From assembly GCF_000172995.2 (NCBI RefSeq), contig NC_014729.1, positions 2,670,001-2,702,000 on the forward strand: a DNA stretch of 32,000 bases. The letters are read 5' to 3'. A program made the translations under genes and the position numbers. Shown in pieces: positions 7,298 through 16,018 of the stretch. Source of the stretch: Halogeometricum borinquense DSM 11551. Its GTDB lineage: Archaea > Halobacteriota > Halobacteria > Halobacteriales > Haloferacaceae. Numbering within the stretch: the stretch's first letter is position 1; the number at the start of each line of letters is the position of its first letter. The notes below the pieces were generated by a model that did not search any database, had not been told where the DNA came from, and saw nothing but the letters and a program-made list of their open reading frames with translations.

Positions 7298-9091
7298 TTA
7301 GACCGCCGTGGCATTCACCTCATACGAGATGAACCCTTCCGTCGAGTCGCCGCTCACGCGTACGTAGTACGTGCCATTCGTGGCGGCGGTAACTGTGAGG
7401 TCGTCCGGGTCGCACATGCCAACACCGCAACTCGACGTATCCGATGCGATTTCGGACCCGTCAGGTGCGACGAGCGCGACGGCAACGTCACTCCCGAAGT
7501 TGTTGCTGTGCCGTCGGAGGTCAACCGTTATCTGCTCGCCCGACTGTGCGTCGAGAGCGAACCAGTCGTGTTCGCCCTCACCGAGTATCGCTTCGGCCGG
7601 TTGACCGCTGGCCAGCGTGGTTGCACTCGACTGGGCATCGTCCGGTTCGAGTCCGTCGGGTCGCGCCGTGTTCACCTCGAAGTGGTAGCCCGAGAACGCG
7701 TCGTCGTGCTCTGTGACGACGATGCGGTACGTCCCAGTCTCCGGTGCTTGTGCACCGAACGGGATGGTGTCGGCATAGGACACACTCGTATCGAGTTCGG
7801 TGCCGGACGGTGCGTACAGCGTTGCTCGGGCCGTATCGGGACCACCTCCGAACGGAATCCGGATGTATGCGTCCTGATCGACGGAGAACGTGTACACGTG
7901 GCGCTCGTCGCCCGAAACGTCGCCCTCGTACGTTTGATTGAACTCGATCTGGGTCGTACCCAGCGCCCTGGGATCAGTTTTCTCGCCGTCAAGCGTGACG
8001 ACCGCCGGTCCGTCCAGCGAGAACGAGGTGATGTTCCCGGTGAATTCCACGGAGTCGGTGCCAGCCGTCGGACCGACACTACCTGACGCAGCAGTGTTGT
8101 TGATCGTGTCCTCGAAGTCGTCTCGCGGCGTGAGCGTGCCATCGACGCTGAACTGGTAGTTCGCTTTCCCGTCCTCGGCACCGTCCTTCGTAACGACGAG
8201 TGTGTGCGTCTCGGGAGAATTTCCGTACGTACTCGGATCTATCTCTTGCCCGTCAAGCGTGACGACCGCCGGTCCGTCCAGTGAAAGCGATGTTATTTCG
8301 CCGGTGAACTCCACGGAGTCGGTGCCGGACTGGGGACCGACGCTACCTGATGCGGCAGTGTTGTTGATCGTGTCCTCGAAGTCGTCTCGCGGCGTGAGCG
8401 TCCCATTGACGACGAGTTCGTAGTTGGCTTTCCCGTCTTCGGCACCGTTTTTGGTGACGCTCAGGACGTGCGTTTCGGGCTGGAGGTCCGACGGCTGGAC
8501 GACGGTGCCGTCAAGGTAGAGGACGGCAGGCCCGTCCAGCGAGAACGACGTTGTCTCACCCGCGAAGGCAACGGTGTCGTTGCCGGCGGTGGGCCCGACG
8601 CGGCCCGACGCGGTGTTCCCGTTGAGCGTGTCCTCGAAGTCGGACAGTCCCGAGAGCTGTCCGCTCGTCGTCAGGGAGTAGTCGGCGCGGCCGTCCTCAG
8701 CTCCGACTTTCGTGACGCGGAGCGTATGCAGGTCGGTCCGATCCGTCCCGTCAACCGTCTCCGCGCCGTCGTCGGTGCCGTCGCCGTCGGTGTCGGCGTT
8801 GTTCGGGTCCGTTCCCCATCCGTTCACTTCCTCGCGGTCGGTGAGGCCGTCGCCATCGGAGTCGGTGGCAGTCGCCGCTGACTGGAGGGTGGTGTCGTCG
8901 TAAACTGCCGCGGCGTTAGTTCCCGACGCTGCCGCGGCAGTCGTGCCGAGAAACGCCGTCGAGAGGACGACGAGTACAGTCAAGAAGAGAGCCAGTACAG
9001 CGAGTCGAGACGTTCGAGTGGGCGCCACGATCGACGACATCAGCGAACACCCCACGTCTGTCGAACGACCGGGAGTTGATTCATCGTACAC
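7298..9091 (-). CDS. Secreted or membrane-anchored modular protein: N-terminal hydrophobic signal/anchor, Asp-rich Ca-binding (thrombospondin type 3-like) stretch, three ~88-aa repeats, two C-terminal pre-peptidase C-terminal (PPC)-like domains
   Basis: The 597-aa ORF has the hydrophobic segment RLAVLALFLTVLVVLSTAFLG and the Asp-rich stretch DSDGDGLTDREEVNGWGTDPNNADTDGDGTDDG. It has three repeats of TH.L.VTK.GAEDGKANY...FEDT.N.TASG.VGP..G.D.V.F.G..TS.SLDGPAV. Two PPC-like modules follow (HVYTFSVDQDAYIRI...GTYRIVV and HDWFALDAQSGEQITVDL...GTYYVRV). TTTATTTTT (9126-9118, minus) is centred about 27 nt upstream of GTG 9091. ATG 9040 is an alternative start. Confidence 0.8.
   Translation of the reverse strand: MYDESTPGRSTDVGCSLMSSIVAPTRTSRLAVLALFLTVLVVLSTAFLGTTAAAASGTNAAAVYDDTTLQSAATATDSDGDGLTDREEVNGWGTDPNNADTDGDGTDDGAETVDGTDRTDLHTLRVTKVGAEDGRADYSLTTSGQLSGLSDFEDTLNGNTASGRVGPTAGNDTVAFAGETTSFSLDGPAVLYLDGTVVQPSDLQPETHVLSVTKNGAEDGKANYELVVNGTLTPRDDFEDTINNTAASGSVGPQSGTDSVEFTGEITSLSLDGPAVVTLDGQEIDPSTYGNSPETHTLVVTKDGAEDGKANYQFSVDGTLTPRDDFEDTINNTAASGSVGPTAGTDSVEFTGNITSFSLDGPAVVTLDGEKTDPRALGTTQIEFNQTYEGDVSGDERHVYTFSVDQDAYIRIPFGGGPDTARATLYAPSGTELDTSVSYADTIPFGAQAPETGTYRIVVTEHDDAFSGYHFEVNTARPDGLEPDDAQSSATTLASGQPAEAILGEGEHDWFALDAQSGEQITVDLRRHSNNFGSDVAVALVAPDGSEIASDTSSCGVGMCDPDDLTVTAATNGTYYVRVSGDSTEGFISYEVNATAV
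7952..8731 (-). repeat. Three tandem in-frame coding repeats (R1 8731-8474, R2 8473-8210, R3 8209-7952; period 264 nt for R2/R3)
   Basis: Residues 121-206, 207-294 and 295-380 of the protein align. R2 and R3 are near-identical over long stretches at the DNA level. The antisense ORFs 7938..8159 and 8202..8423 show this, both sharing PSSVTTAGPSSE...VNSTESVP..GPTLPDAAVLLIVSSKSSRGVSVP. Confidence 0.85.
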
Positions 9092-9117
9092 CGTAACCGA
9101 GAGTACTGTTCGTGGAC

Positions 9118-9126
9118 AAAAATAAA
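9118..9126 (-). promoter_or_regulatory. TATA-like box (TTTATTTTT on the minus strand) for the secreted repeat protein gene
   Basis: This AT box sits in an otherwise GC-rich context and is centred about 27 nt upstream of GTG 9091, the usual haloarchaeal TATA-to-start spacing for leaderless mRNAs. Confidence 0.4.
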
Positions 9127-9487
9127 TTATTCAACAATACGTGAAGGAGTCGTGTAATATTCTTGACCGAACATACTGTTCGAAAGATAGAGTCTGAATT
9201 TGTCACGTCGGAATGGAATCGATACTACGAGAAGTGACGGTGTATCCACTCAGCGTGTAGCCGGCAGGGAGAGGGAGTTGTGGGAAACCCAGTCTTTCAC
9301 TCGGGTACCGACCTTCTCGCCCCACTTGGCCGCAGTTGCTTCGATGCTGTACTTCTCGTCGAGTTTTGTGTATAGTTTGTGTGTCAATTTCTTAACGATG
9401 TAGAGTATCACCCCGTTGAGACCGCCCGTCACTGCCGTCTTGCCCAGTTTCAAGACCTCCGTTCCTGCCGACTGGGCGTACTGCCCA

Positions 9488-9527
9488 GTCCCTCGTGGGG
9501 ATTCGAACCCCGGTCTATCCACTGCGC
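9488..9527 (-). pseudogene. tRNA 3'-half-like fragment (D-loop-like GCGCAGTGGATAG fused to a T-arm and acceptor 3' strand); no matching 5' acceptor strand
   Basis: The minus strand reads GCGCAGTGGATAGACCGGGGTTCGAATCCCCACGAGGGAC. The T-loop GGTTCGAATCC is canonical. The required 5' strand GTCCCTC is absent nearby and there is no anticodon arm. It is related to, but not identical with, the tRNA-Ala 3' half 200 nt away. Confidence 0.5.
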
Positions 9528-9701
9528 GTACGGGAGCCGAAACAGTCCCAGCGAACGTTCTATTTGTTACTCAGGCATATCGAACGTTTGGATATCGGAT
9601 AAATAATCTCGTGGACTCGCGGGGGTCCCGCGAGCGAGTTCACGAGCGAGTGGGACCAAGCGAGTCCATCGACTGGAGTGAACGTAGTGAACGGAAGGAG
9701 A

Positions 9702-9773
9702 TGGACTCGCGGGGATTTGAACCCCGGGCCTCTTCCTTGCGAAGGAAGCGATCTGCCACTGATCTACGAGCCC
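9702..9773 (-). tRNA. tRNA-Ala(CGC)
   Basis: The minus strand reads GGGCTCG TA GATC AGTGGCA GATC G CTTCC TTCGCAA GGAAG AGGCC CGGGG TTCAAAT CCCCG CGAGTCC A. This gives a full 72-nt cloverleaf with anticodon CGC and the G3-U70 Ala identity pair. CCA is not encoded. Confidence 0.93.
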
Positions 9774-9961
9774 GCATATGCTTCGAAGGCGTGCGATCAT
9801 TTGTACCTTCTGTTTCGCGTTGGGATCGGCACGTCGTCGCACAGGGCAGCTCTAGATGTCGAAGAGACGACCAGCTACGCGGGTGAAATAGAGTAGAACG
9901 GAGAGACTCGGCGCTCACGAACTGAGACGCAGAAGAACGGCGCGTGCGCCTTAGCGTCGTG

Positions 9962-9978
9962 GACCGTACAAAACGGTC
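9962..9978 (-). terminator. Possible terminator of the tef1a-rps10 unit (GACCG-UUUUGUA-CGGUC)
   Basis: This is a 5-bp stem with a U-rich loop on the minus strand, 66-82 nt downstream of the rps10 stop. Archaeal termination uses oligo-T tracts, and this is the only T4 run in the stretch. Confidence 0.25.
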
Positions 9979-10043
9979 AGACGCGCGCCTGTTCGGTATC
10001 GAACGCCGTCTCAACGGCGCGGGTCGATGCGGGGATCCCCCAG

Positions 10044-10352
10044 TCAGTCTTCGAGAACGATCTCGATACTGACGTCGCTGGGGACCTGAATCCGCATCAG
10101 CTGGCGCAGGGCGCGTTCGTCAGCGTCAATGTCGATGAGACGCTTGTGGACGCGCATCTCCCAGTGCTCCCACGTCGCGGTCCCTTCACCGTCGGGAGAC
10201 TTGCGGGCGGGAACTTCGAGGGTTTTCGTCGGCAGCGGAATCGGGCCGCTGAGGTTGACGCCCGTCTTGTTCGCAATTTCGCGGACGTCGTCGCAGATGT
10301 CGTCGAGGTCGTCCGGGCTGGTCCCGGCGAGACGAACGCGTGCCTGCTGCAT
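10044..10352 (-). CDS. rps10: 30S ribosomal protein S10 (uS10)
   Basis: The 102-aa ORF reads [17 protein letters not shown]...[42 protein letters not shown], which I recognise as uS10. Its ATG directly abuts the tef1a stop (TAGATG). Confidence 0.95.
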   Translation of the reverse strand: MQQARVRLAGTSPDDLDDICDDVREIANKTGVNLSGPIPLPTKTLEVPARKSPDGEGTATWEHWEMRVHKRLIDIDADERALRQLMRIQVPSDVSIEIVLED

Positions 10353-11618
10353 CTATCGCTCGTTGACCTCGAGGACCTTCCCGGCCGCGATGGTCTGACC
10401 CATGTCACGGACGGCGAAGGAACCGAGTTCCGGAATGTCACCGGACGGTTCGATGCTGAGCGGCTTTTGCGGTCGGACCGTCACGACAGCCGCGTCGCCG
10501 GACTTGATGAAGTCCGGGTTCTCCTCTGCGACCTCACCCGAGGCGGGGTCGAGCTTCTGGTCGATCGCTTCGATGGTACACGCGACCTGCGCCGTGTGGG
10601 CGTGGAAGACCGGCGTGTAGCCAGCGGTGATGACCGAGGGGTGCTGCATGACGACGACCTGCGCCTTGAACGTCTCGGCGACGGACGGCGGCTCGTCGGC
10701 GGGGCCACAGACGTCACCACGGCGGATGTCGTCCTTACCGACGCCACGGACGTTGAATCCGACGTTGTCACCGGGACCGGCCTGATCGACTTCCTCGTGG
10801 TGCATCTCGACCGTCTTCACTTCGCCGCCAACGTCGGACGGCTGGAAGGAGACGTTGTCACCGGGGTTGAGCGTACCCGTCTCGATACGTCCGACGGGGA
10901 CGGTACCGATACCCGAGATGGTGTAAACGTCCTGAATGGGCAGGCGGAGCGGCGCGTCCGTCGGCGGCTCCGGTGCCGGCAGGTCGTTAAGTGCTTCGAG
11001 GAGCGTCTTCCCGTCGTACCACGACGTGTTGTCCGACGCGTCTGCGATGTTGTCGCCCTCGAACGCCGAGATAGGGACGAACGTCGCGTTGTCAGACTGG
11101 AAGCGGACCTGCTTCAGCAGGTTCTGGACCTCTTCGGTGACCTGCTTGTAGGTGTCTTCGCTGTAGTCGACAACGTCCATCTTGTTGATGGCGATGATGA
11201 GCTCGCCGATACCCAGCGTACGGGCGAGGAAGACGTGCTCGCGGGTCTGCGGCGCGACACCGTCGTCAGCGGCGACGACGAGGACCGCGTTGTCAGCCTG
11301 CGAAGCACCCGTGATCATGTTCTTCACGAAGTCACGGTGGCCCGGACAGTCGACGATGGTGAAGTAGAACTCGTCGGTGTCGAACTCTTGGTGGGCGATG
11401 TCGATGGTGACACCACGCTCACGCTCTTCGGCGAGGTTGTCCATGACGTAGGCGAACTCGAAGCCGCCCTTGCCCTTCTCTTCTGCTTCTTCTCGGTGCT
11501 GCTCGATTACGTGTTCCGGGACGGATCCTGTCTCGAACAGGAGTCGCCCGACCAGCGTACTCTTACCGTGGTCAACGTGGCCGATGATGGCCAAGTTCTG
11601 GTGCGGTTTGTCACTCAT
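10353..11618 (-). CDS. tef1a: Translation elongation factor aEF-1 alpha, 421 aa
   Basis: ORF 10353..11768 is taken from the internal ATG at 11618: [31 protein letters not shown]...DCPGHRDF...NKMD. The 50-aa upstream extension is not EF-like. Confidence 0.95.
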   Translation of the reverse strand: MSDKPHQNLAIIGHVDHGKSTLVGRLLFETGSVPEHVIEQHREEAEEKGKGGFEFAYVMDNLAEERERGVTIDIAHQEFDTDEFYFTIVDCPGHRDFVKNMITGASQADNAVLVVAADDGVAPQTREHVFLARTLGIGELIIAINKMDVVDYSEDTYKQVTEEVQNLLKQVRFQSDNATFVPISAFEGDNIADASDNTSWYDGKTLLEALNDLPAPEPPTDAPLRLPIQDVYTISGIGTVPVGRIETGTLNPGDNVSFQPSDVGGEVKTVEMHHEEVDQAGPGDNVGFNVRGVGKDDIRRGDVCGPADEPPSVAETFKAQVVVMQHPSVITAGYTPVFHAHTAQVACTIEAIDQKLDPASGEVAEENPDFIKSGDAAVVTVRPQKPLSIEPSGDIPELGSFAVRDMGQTIAAGKVLEVNER

Positions 11619-11806
11619 GGATGGGTCACGCGCTAAGGCGCTCTGTGATGCCGTGTTTGGCCTGAATGCACTAAAACCATTTCGATACGTATACGCGCCG
11701 AGACGGCCGTGTATTGCGTTTCGTGGGACCGTATACCACGCATGTGTTGTGTTGTCACAACCAGCCAATATCGAGCGACAGGAGGCCCGAGGGAGCGGTC
11801 TTCCGC

Positions 11807-12763
11807 TTAATCGAGGCGGCCAATATCCGCTAGCACCGCCGATGCGGTCTCCGGACCGCCCGCGCCCCGACCGCTGATATTGAGTTGGCCAGCGTGCTTT
11901 GTCTCCAATTGGACGATGTTTCTGGTGCCTGAAACAGCAAGCGCAGTGTTCTGTGGGACGAGGCGCGGACTGACGCGCACCCGGTCGGGCGTGGACTCAC
12001 CAATGAGACGAACCGTTTGCCCGTCCTCCGCCGCTAGTTCCAGCGCACTCCCAGGGATGTTCGTAATTCCCTCAACGTTGGCGTCCGCCAGCGTGTACTC
12101 CCGTTCACCTTCGGCGAGGACGTTCGAGAGGATGACACACTTCAGTGCCGCGTCCGTCCCCTCCACGTCAAACGAAGGGTCTGCCTCGGCAACACCGAGG
12201 TCTTGTGCCTCCGCGAGGACGTGTTCGTAGTCCAATCCCTCAGTTGCCATCCGCGAGAGCACGAAGTTGGCCGTCCCGTTGAGGACGCCGCGCGCGGCGG
12301 TGACGTGTTCGGGCGAGAGGTCTTCAATAGTAGAGAGGACCGGAATCGCGCCCCCGACGGTCGCCTCAAATCGAACCGATCCCGCATTCTCGCGTTCGAG
12401 CGCCATCAGGTCCGCATACCGCTCGGCGACAGGACCCTTGTTCGCTAACACGACATCCGCGCCGCGTTCGAGCGCGTGGCGTACGTGGGAGAATCCCGGT
12501 TCAGCGTCGCCGAGCGTCGTCGGCGTCGCCTCCACCAACACGTCGTAGTCGGCGTGGAGCGCCGACTCGGGGTCTGCGGACCCGACGCGACCCTCGTCGT
12601 GTTTTTGTTTGAGTACCGACGCCGGGTCTATGCCGTCGGCATCCACAACCGCCGAAGCGGAGTCAGCGAACGCCGTGACGGTGTGGCCGTACGACTCAGC
12701 GAGTTCGACGACCGACCCGCCGACGGCACCGGCACCGAGGACAGCGAGGCGCTTGCCGCTCAT
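11807..12763 (-). CDS. hom: Homoserine dehydrogenase
   Basis: The 318-aa ORF has the NAD-binding start [17 protein letters not shown] and then ANKGPVA...[11 protein letters not shown]...[14 protein letters not shown]...[24 protein letters not shown] recognise this as homoserine dehydrogenase. Confidence 0.9.
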   Translation of the reverse strand: MSGKRLAVLGAGAVGGSVVELAESYGHTVTAFADSASAVVDADGIDPASVLKQKHDEGRVGSADPESALHADYDVLVEATPTTLGDAEPGFSHVRHALERGADVVLANKGPVAERYADLMALERENAGSVRFEATVGGAIPVLSTIEDLSPEHVTAARGVLNGTANFVLSRMATEGLDYEHVLAEAQDLGVAEADPSFDVEGTDAALKCVILSNVLAEGEREYTLADANVEGITNIPGSALELAAEDGQTVRLIGESTPDRVRVSPRLVPQNTALAVSGTRNIVQLETKHAGQLNISGRGAGGPETASAVLADIGRLD

Positions 12764-13314
12764 GGGCTTGCCTCCGTCAACGGTTCGATGACGTGCAAAT
12801 CCTTCTCGCGCGCGACAGTGCGGATAACGTCGAGTGCGTCCTCAGTTCGACCGGAGTAGGTGGCCAACCGCAGGCTCGCGCTCGACACTTCGTCTCGCCC
12901 TTCGGGCGCGTTCAACGAGATGTCCGCAAGCGATGCCGACGAACACTGTTCGATTCGTTGGAGCGTATCCGAGAGGTCACTATCGACGAGGTGACCGACC
13001 AAGATGACAGTGAGCGTCTCACTGTACTGTTCGGCCCCTGCCTGCATGACGTTCACCCCCTCCGAGCGAAGCGCGTCCACGATTGTATCAAAGCGATCCG
13101 GTGGGCACTCTAAATCGACTTCTACGGGAATGCGCCCGCGCGGCGTGCGATTGCCCCGTTCGTGGAAAATCGAGAGGAGGTTACCCCCGTTTTCGGCGAT
13201 AGGGCGGAGCGCGTCGAGCAGTTGCCCCGGTTCATCGGCGAGTTCCAGGCGAATCGTGTGCGGCTTCGGCTGTTCGCCACCGTCCGGTTCGGGGACGGCT
13301 TCAGCCTCGGTCAT
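12760..13314 (-). CDS. ACT-domain (amino-acid-binding) protein, translationally coupled to hom
   Basis: The 184-aa ORF has two ACT-like halves (IRLELADEPGQLLDALRPIAENGGNLLSI and LTVILVGHLVDSDLSDTLQRIE). It overlaps hom by ATGA (12760-12763). GGAGGTG lies 7 nt upstream of its ATG. Confidence 0.75.
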   Translation of the reverse strand: MTEAEAVPEPDGGEQPKPHTIRLELADEPGQLLDALRPIAENGGNLLSIFHERGNRTPRGRIPVEVDLECPPDRFDTIVDALRSEGVNVMQAGAEQYSETLTVILVGHLVDSDLSDTLQRIEQCSSASLADISLNAPEGRDEVSSASLRLATYSGRTEDALDVIRTVAREKDLHVIEPLTEASP

Positions 13315-13627
13315 CGAGCCACCTCCGCGGCACGCAGTGTCCGTGTTGTCGGTAAGGAGAGGGTAGACTGTAGCTCCGTACCGATGCGTACCAGGCGGTG
13401 TGACCCCGTCTGCATACTATCGTTCACTCGGTGCGAGCGTTATAAGCCTTCGTCGGTTGCAAATCTGTCCGGCGTTTCTGAGGATGCACACAGTCGGTAC
13501 GGAGAGAAATACATCTCCGGGAAGAATTCCGAACGCAATAATGAATCGCTGCGGGGCCGACGAGATCCGCCGACCGCGCCGTGCGACGGCGGTGTGTGGT
13601 GCCGGAAACCCGGCACACAGTCGGTGA

Positions 13628-15817
13628 TTAGAACTGGTCGATAGACTGCGGCAGTTCGAGCTTCATGCCCTTCCGCTCTCGGATCTCCATGATCTTCTCG
13701 CGCTGGAGGTTGTCCGAGAGGACACGGAAGCCAGCGTTCTCGGTGTTCCACGATGCGCGACCTTCGGTCGCAGAGCGGATGTCCGAGGAGAAACCGATCA
13801 TCTCTTCGACGGGCGCGATACCCTCGATGACCATCAGGTCACCCTCTTGGTACATGTCGTCGACGCGGCCACGGCGACCCTGAATCTCGCCGGACGCCGA
13901 ACCCATGTGCTCGGACGGAACGTCGATGCGGACGTTCTGGATGGGTTCGAGCAGTTTGATGTCGGCGTCGATGAGCGACCGGTGAACGGCATCGCGGACT
14001 GCCGGGATAACCTGCGCGGGACCGCGGTGGATGGTGTCCTCGTGAAGCTTCGCGTCGTGCAGGCGAAGCAGCGAACCCTGTGCGGGTTCGGCGGCGAGCG
14101 GACCGTCGTCGAGTGCCTCTTCGAGACCCTCGATGACGAGTTCCATCGTCTCGTTCAGGTGCTGGATACCCTTCGTGTCGTCGATGAGGATGTTCGTCCC
14201 GTGGATGTGTTCGACGTTCTGGGAGGTGTCCTTGTCCATGCCGGCTTCCTGCAGTGCCTCACGGCGCTCCAGTTCGGGCATGTCCATGGAGACTTCACCG
14301 AGCTGAATCTGCTCGATGATGTCCTCCGAGAGGGGTTCGACCGTGATGTAGAACTTGTTGTGGCGGTTCGGGGAGACACCCTCGACTTCGCGGGACTCCT
14401 TCTGCGGGGCCTCGCGGTAGACAACAATCGGCTCACCGGTGACGACCGGAATACCCTGGTTCTTCTGAATACGCTGCGTGATGACCTCGAGGTGGAGTTC
14501 ACCCTGACCGCTGATGAGGTGTTCACCCGTGTCCTCGTTAATCTCGACGCGGATGGTGGGGTCCTCCTTTGCGACCTGCTGGAGCGTCTCGATGAGCTTC
14601 GGCAGGTCGTCCATGTTCTTCGCCTCGACGGACTTCGTGATGACCGGCTCGGAGATGTGCTCGATGGACTCGAACGGCGTCATCTCGACAGAGGAGACAG
14701 TGGAACCGGCGATAGCGTCACGAAGACCCGTGACGGCCGCGATGTTCCCTGCGGGGACACCACGGTCCAGTTCCTCACGTTCGCCGCCCATGAAGATACC
14801 GACGGACTGAACGCGGTTCTTCCCGGCCGTCCCGGAGACGTAGAGCTCTTGGCCCTTCTTGATAGTGCCCGAGAAGACGCGACCGGTGGCGATTTCGCCC
14901 GCGTGGGGGTCCATCCCGATGTCGGTCACCATGAAGACGACTTCGCCGTCGTCATCGACTTCGCGCATCTGCTTTGCGAGGTCCGTATCGTCGTCACCAC
15001 GCCAGACGCGCGGGATACGACGGGGCTGGGCGTCGAGCGGGTCGGGGAAGTGCTCGGCGACCATGTCGAGGACGACGTCCGAAAGCGGCGTCTTCTCGTG
15101 GAGTTCCTGCCGCTTGTCGGCGCGTTCGAGTTCGATGATGTCGCCGAACGACATGCCCGTAGCCTGCATCGACGGGAGCGAAACGCCCCACTTGTAGAGA
15201 GCAGACCCGAAGGCGACGGTCCCGTCTTCGACGGAGACGGTCCAGTCGTCAACGTCGTCCATATCCTCGGTCATCCCGCGGATGAGCTCGTTCACGTCAC
15301 TGATGACGTCAGTGAGACGCTGCTGCATCTCCTCGGGACCCTCTTGGAGTTCCGAGATAAGGCGGTCAACCTTGTTGATGAACAGCGCGGGCTTGACGCC
15401 CTCGCGGAGCGCCTGCCGGACAACCGTCTCGGTCTGCGGCATGGCACCCTCGACAGCGTCAACAACGACGAGTGCACCGTCAACAGCGCGCATCGCACGC
15501 GTCACGTCGCCACCGAAGTCAACGTGGCCCGGCGTGTCGATGAGGTTGATGAGGTGGTTGTTATCCTCGTACTCGTGCGTCATCGAGACGTTTGCGGCGT
15601 CAATGGTGATACCGCGTTCCTGCTCGTCTTCTTCAGTGTCCATCATGAGGCGTGTCGCCTCACCCTCGTCCGCAATCATCCCCGCACCAGCGAGGAGGTT
15701 GTCGGTAAGGGTCGTCTTCCCGTGGTCGACGTGAGCAGCGATGGCGATGTTCCGGATCTGCTCCGGTTTGTCCATCAACTTCTCGCATTCCTGGACGATT
15801 TTCTTTCGTCGGCCCAT
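13628..15817 (-). CDS. fusA: Translation elongation factor aEF-2, 729 aa
   Basis: ORF 13628..15946 is taken from the internal ATG at 15817: [42 protein letters not shown]...DTPGHVDF...NKVDR. The sequence is EF-2-like over its full length. Confidence 0.95.
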   Translation of the reverse strand: MGRRKKIVQECEKLMDKPEQIRNIAIAAHVDHGKTTLTDNLLAGAGMIADEGEATRLMMDTEEDEQERGITIDAANVSMTHEYEDNNHLINLIDTPGHVDFGGDVTRAMRAVDGALVVVDAVEGAMPQTETVVRQALREGVKPALFINKVDRLISELQEGPEEMQQRLTDVISDVNELIRGMTEDMDDVDDWTVSVEDGTVAFGSALYKWGVSLPSMQATGMSFGDIIELERADKRQELHEKTPLSDVVLDMVAEHFPDPLDAQPRRIPRVWRGDDDTDLAKQMREVDDDGEVVFMVTDIGMDPHAGEIATGRVFSGTIKKGQELYVSGTAGKNRVQSVGIFMGGEREELDRGVPAGNIAAVTGLRDAIAGSTVSSVEMTPFESIEHISEPVITKSVEAKNMDDLPKLIETLQQVAKEDPTIRVEINEDTGEHLISGQGELHLEVITQRIQKNQGIPVVTGEPIVVYREAPQKESREVEGVSPNRHNKFYITVEPLSEDIIEQIQLGEVSMDMPELERREALQEAGMDKDTSQNVEHIHGTNILIDDTKGIQHLNETMELVIEGLEEALDDGPLAAEPAQGSLLRLHDAKLHEDTIHRGPAQVIPAVRDAVHRSLIDADIKLLEPIQNVRIDVPSEHMGSASGEIQGRRGRVDDMYQEGDLMVIEGIAPVEEMIGFSSDIRSATEGRASWNTENAGFRVLSDNLQREKIMEIRERKGMKLELPQSIDQF

Positions 15818-16018
15818 TATACAGACCCGTACCGGCAGGAGGGTCAAAAGGGTAGTGTTTTGCCGGTGGCGAAACGGCCGCGAGCGTGCCGCTCTCGCCG
15901 TGGTATGTCCCTTTTTGGCATAATCGGTGTAACATGTCCGCTTCACAGGCCCGTCAGCGCGGCTACTCCGTCTCTCGGCACAAGAGTCATTGTTACGTAG
16001 CGTTTGTTACTGACACGC

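Noticed and set aside
7938-8423. Paired plus-strand ORFs 7938..8159 and 8202..8423 with near-identical products
   Set aside because: They are antisense reflections of repeats R3 and R2 of the secreted protein gene. They are useful only as evidence of the DNA-level repeat identity.
9416-9886. 156-aa plus-strand ORF, and minus ORFs 9567..9842 and 9640..10014
   Set aside because: They run across the tRNA-Ala gene and the tRNA-like fragments and have Arg/Ser-rich non-coding composition.
10146-11636. 496-aa plus-strand ORF
   Set aside because: It is entirely antisense to tef1a (aEF-1 alpha). It has shadow-ORF composition and no motifs.
13847-16000. 717-aa plus-strand ORF
   Set aside because: It is antisense to fusA (aEF-2) and is a shadow ORF.
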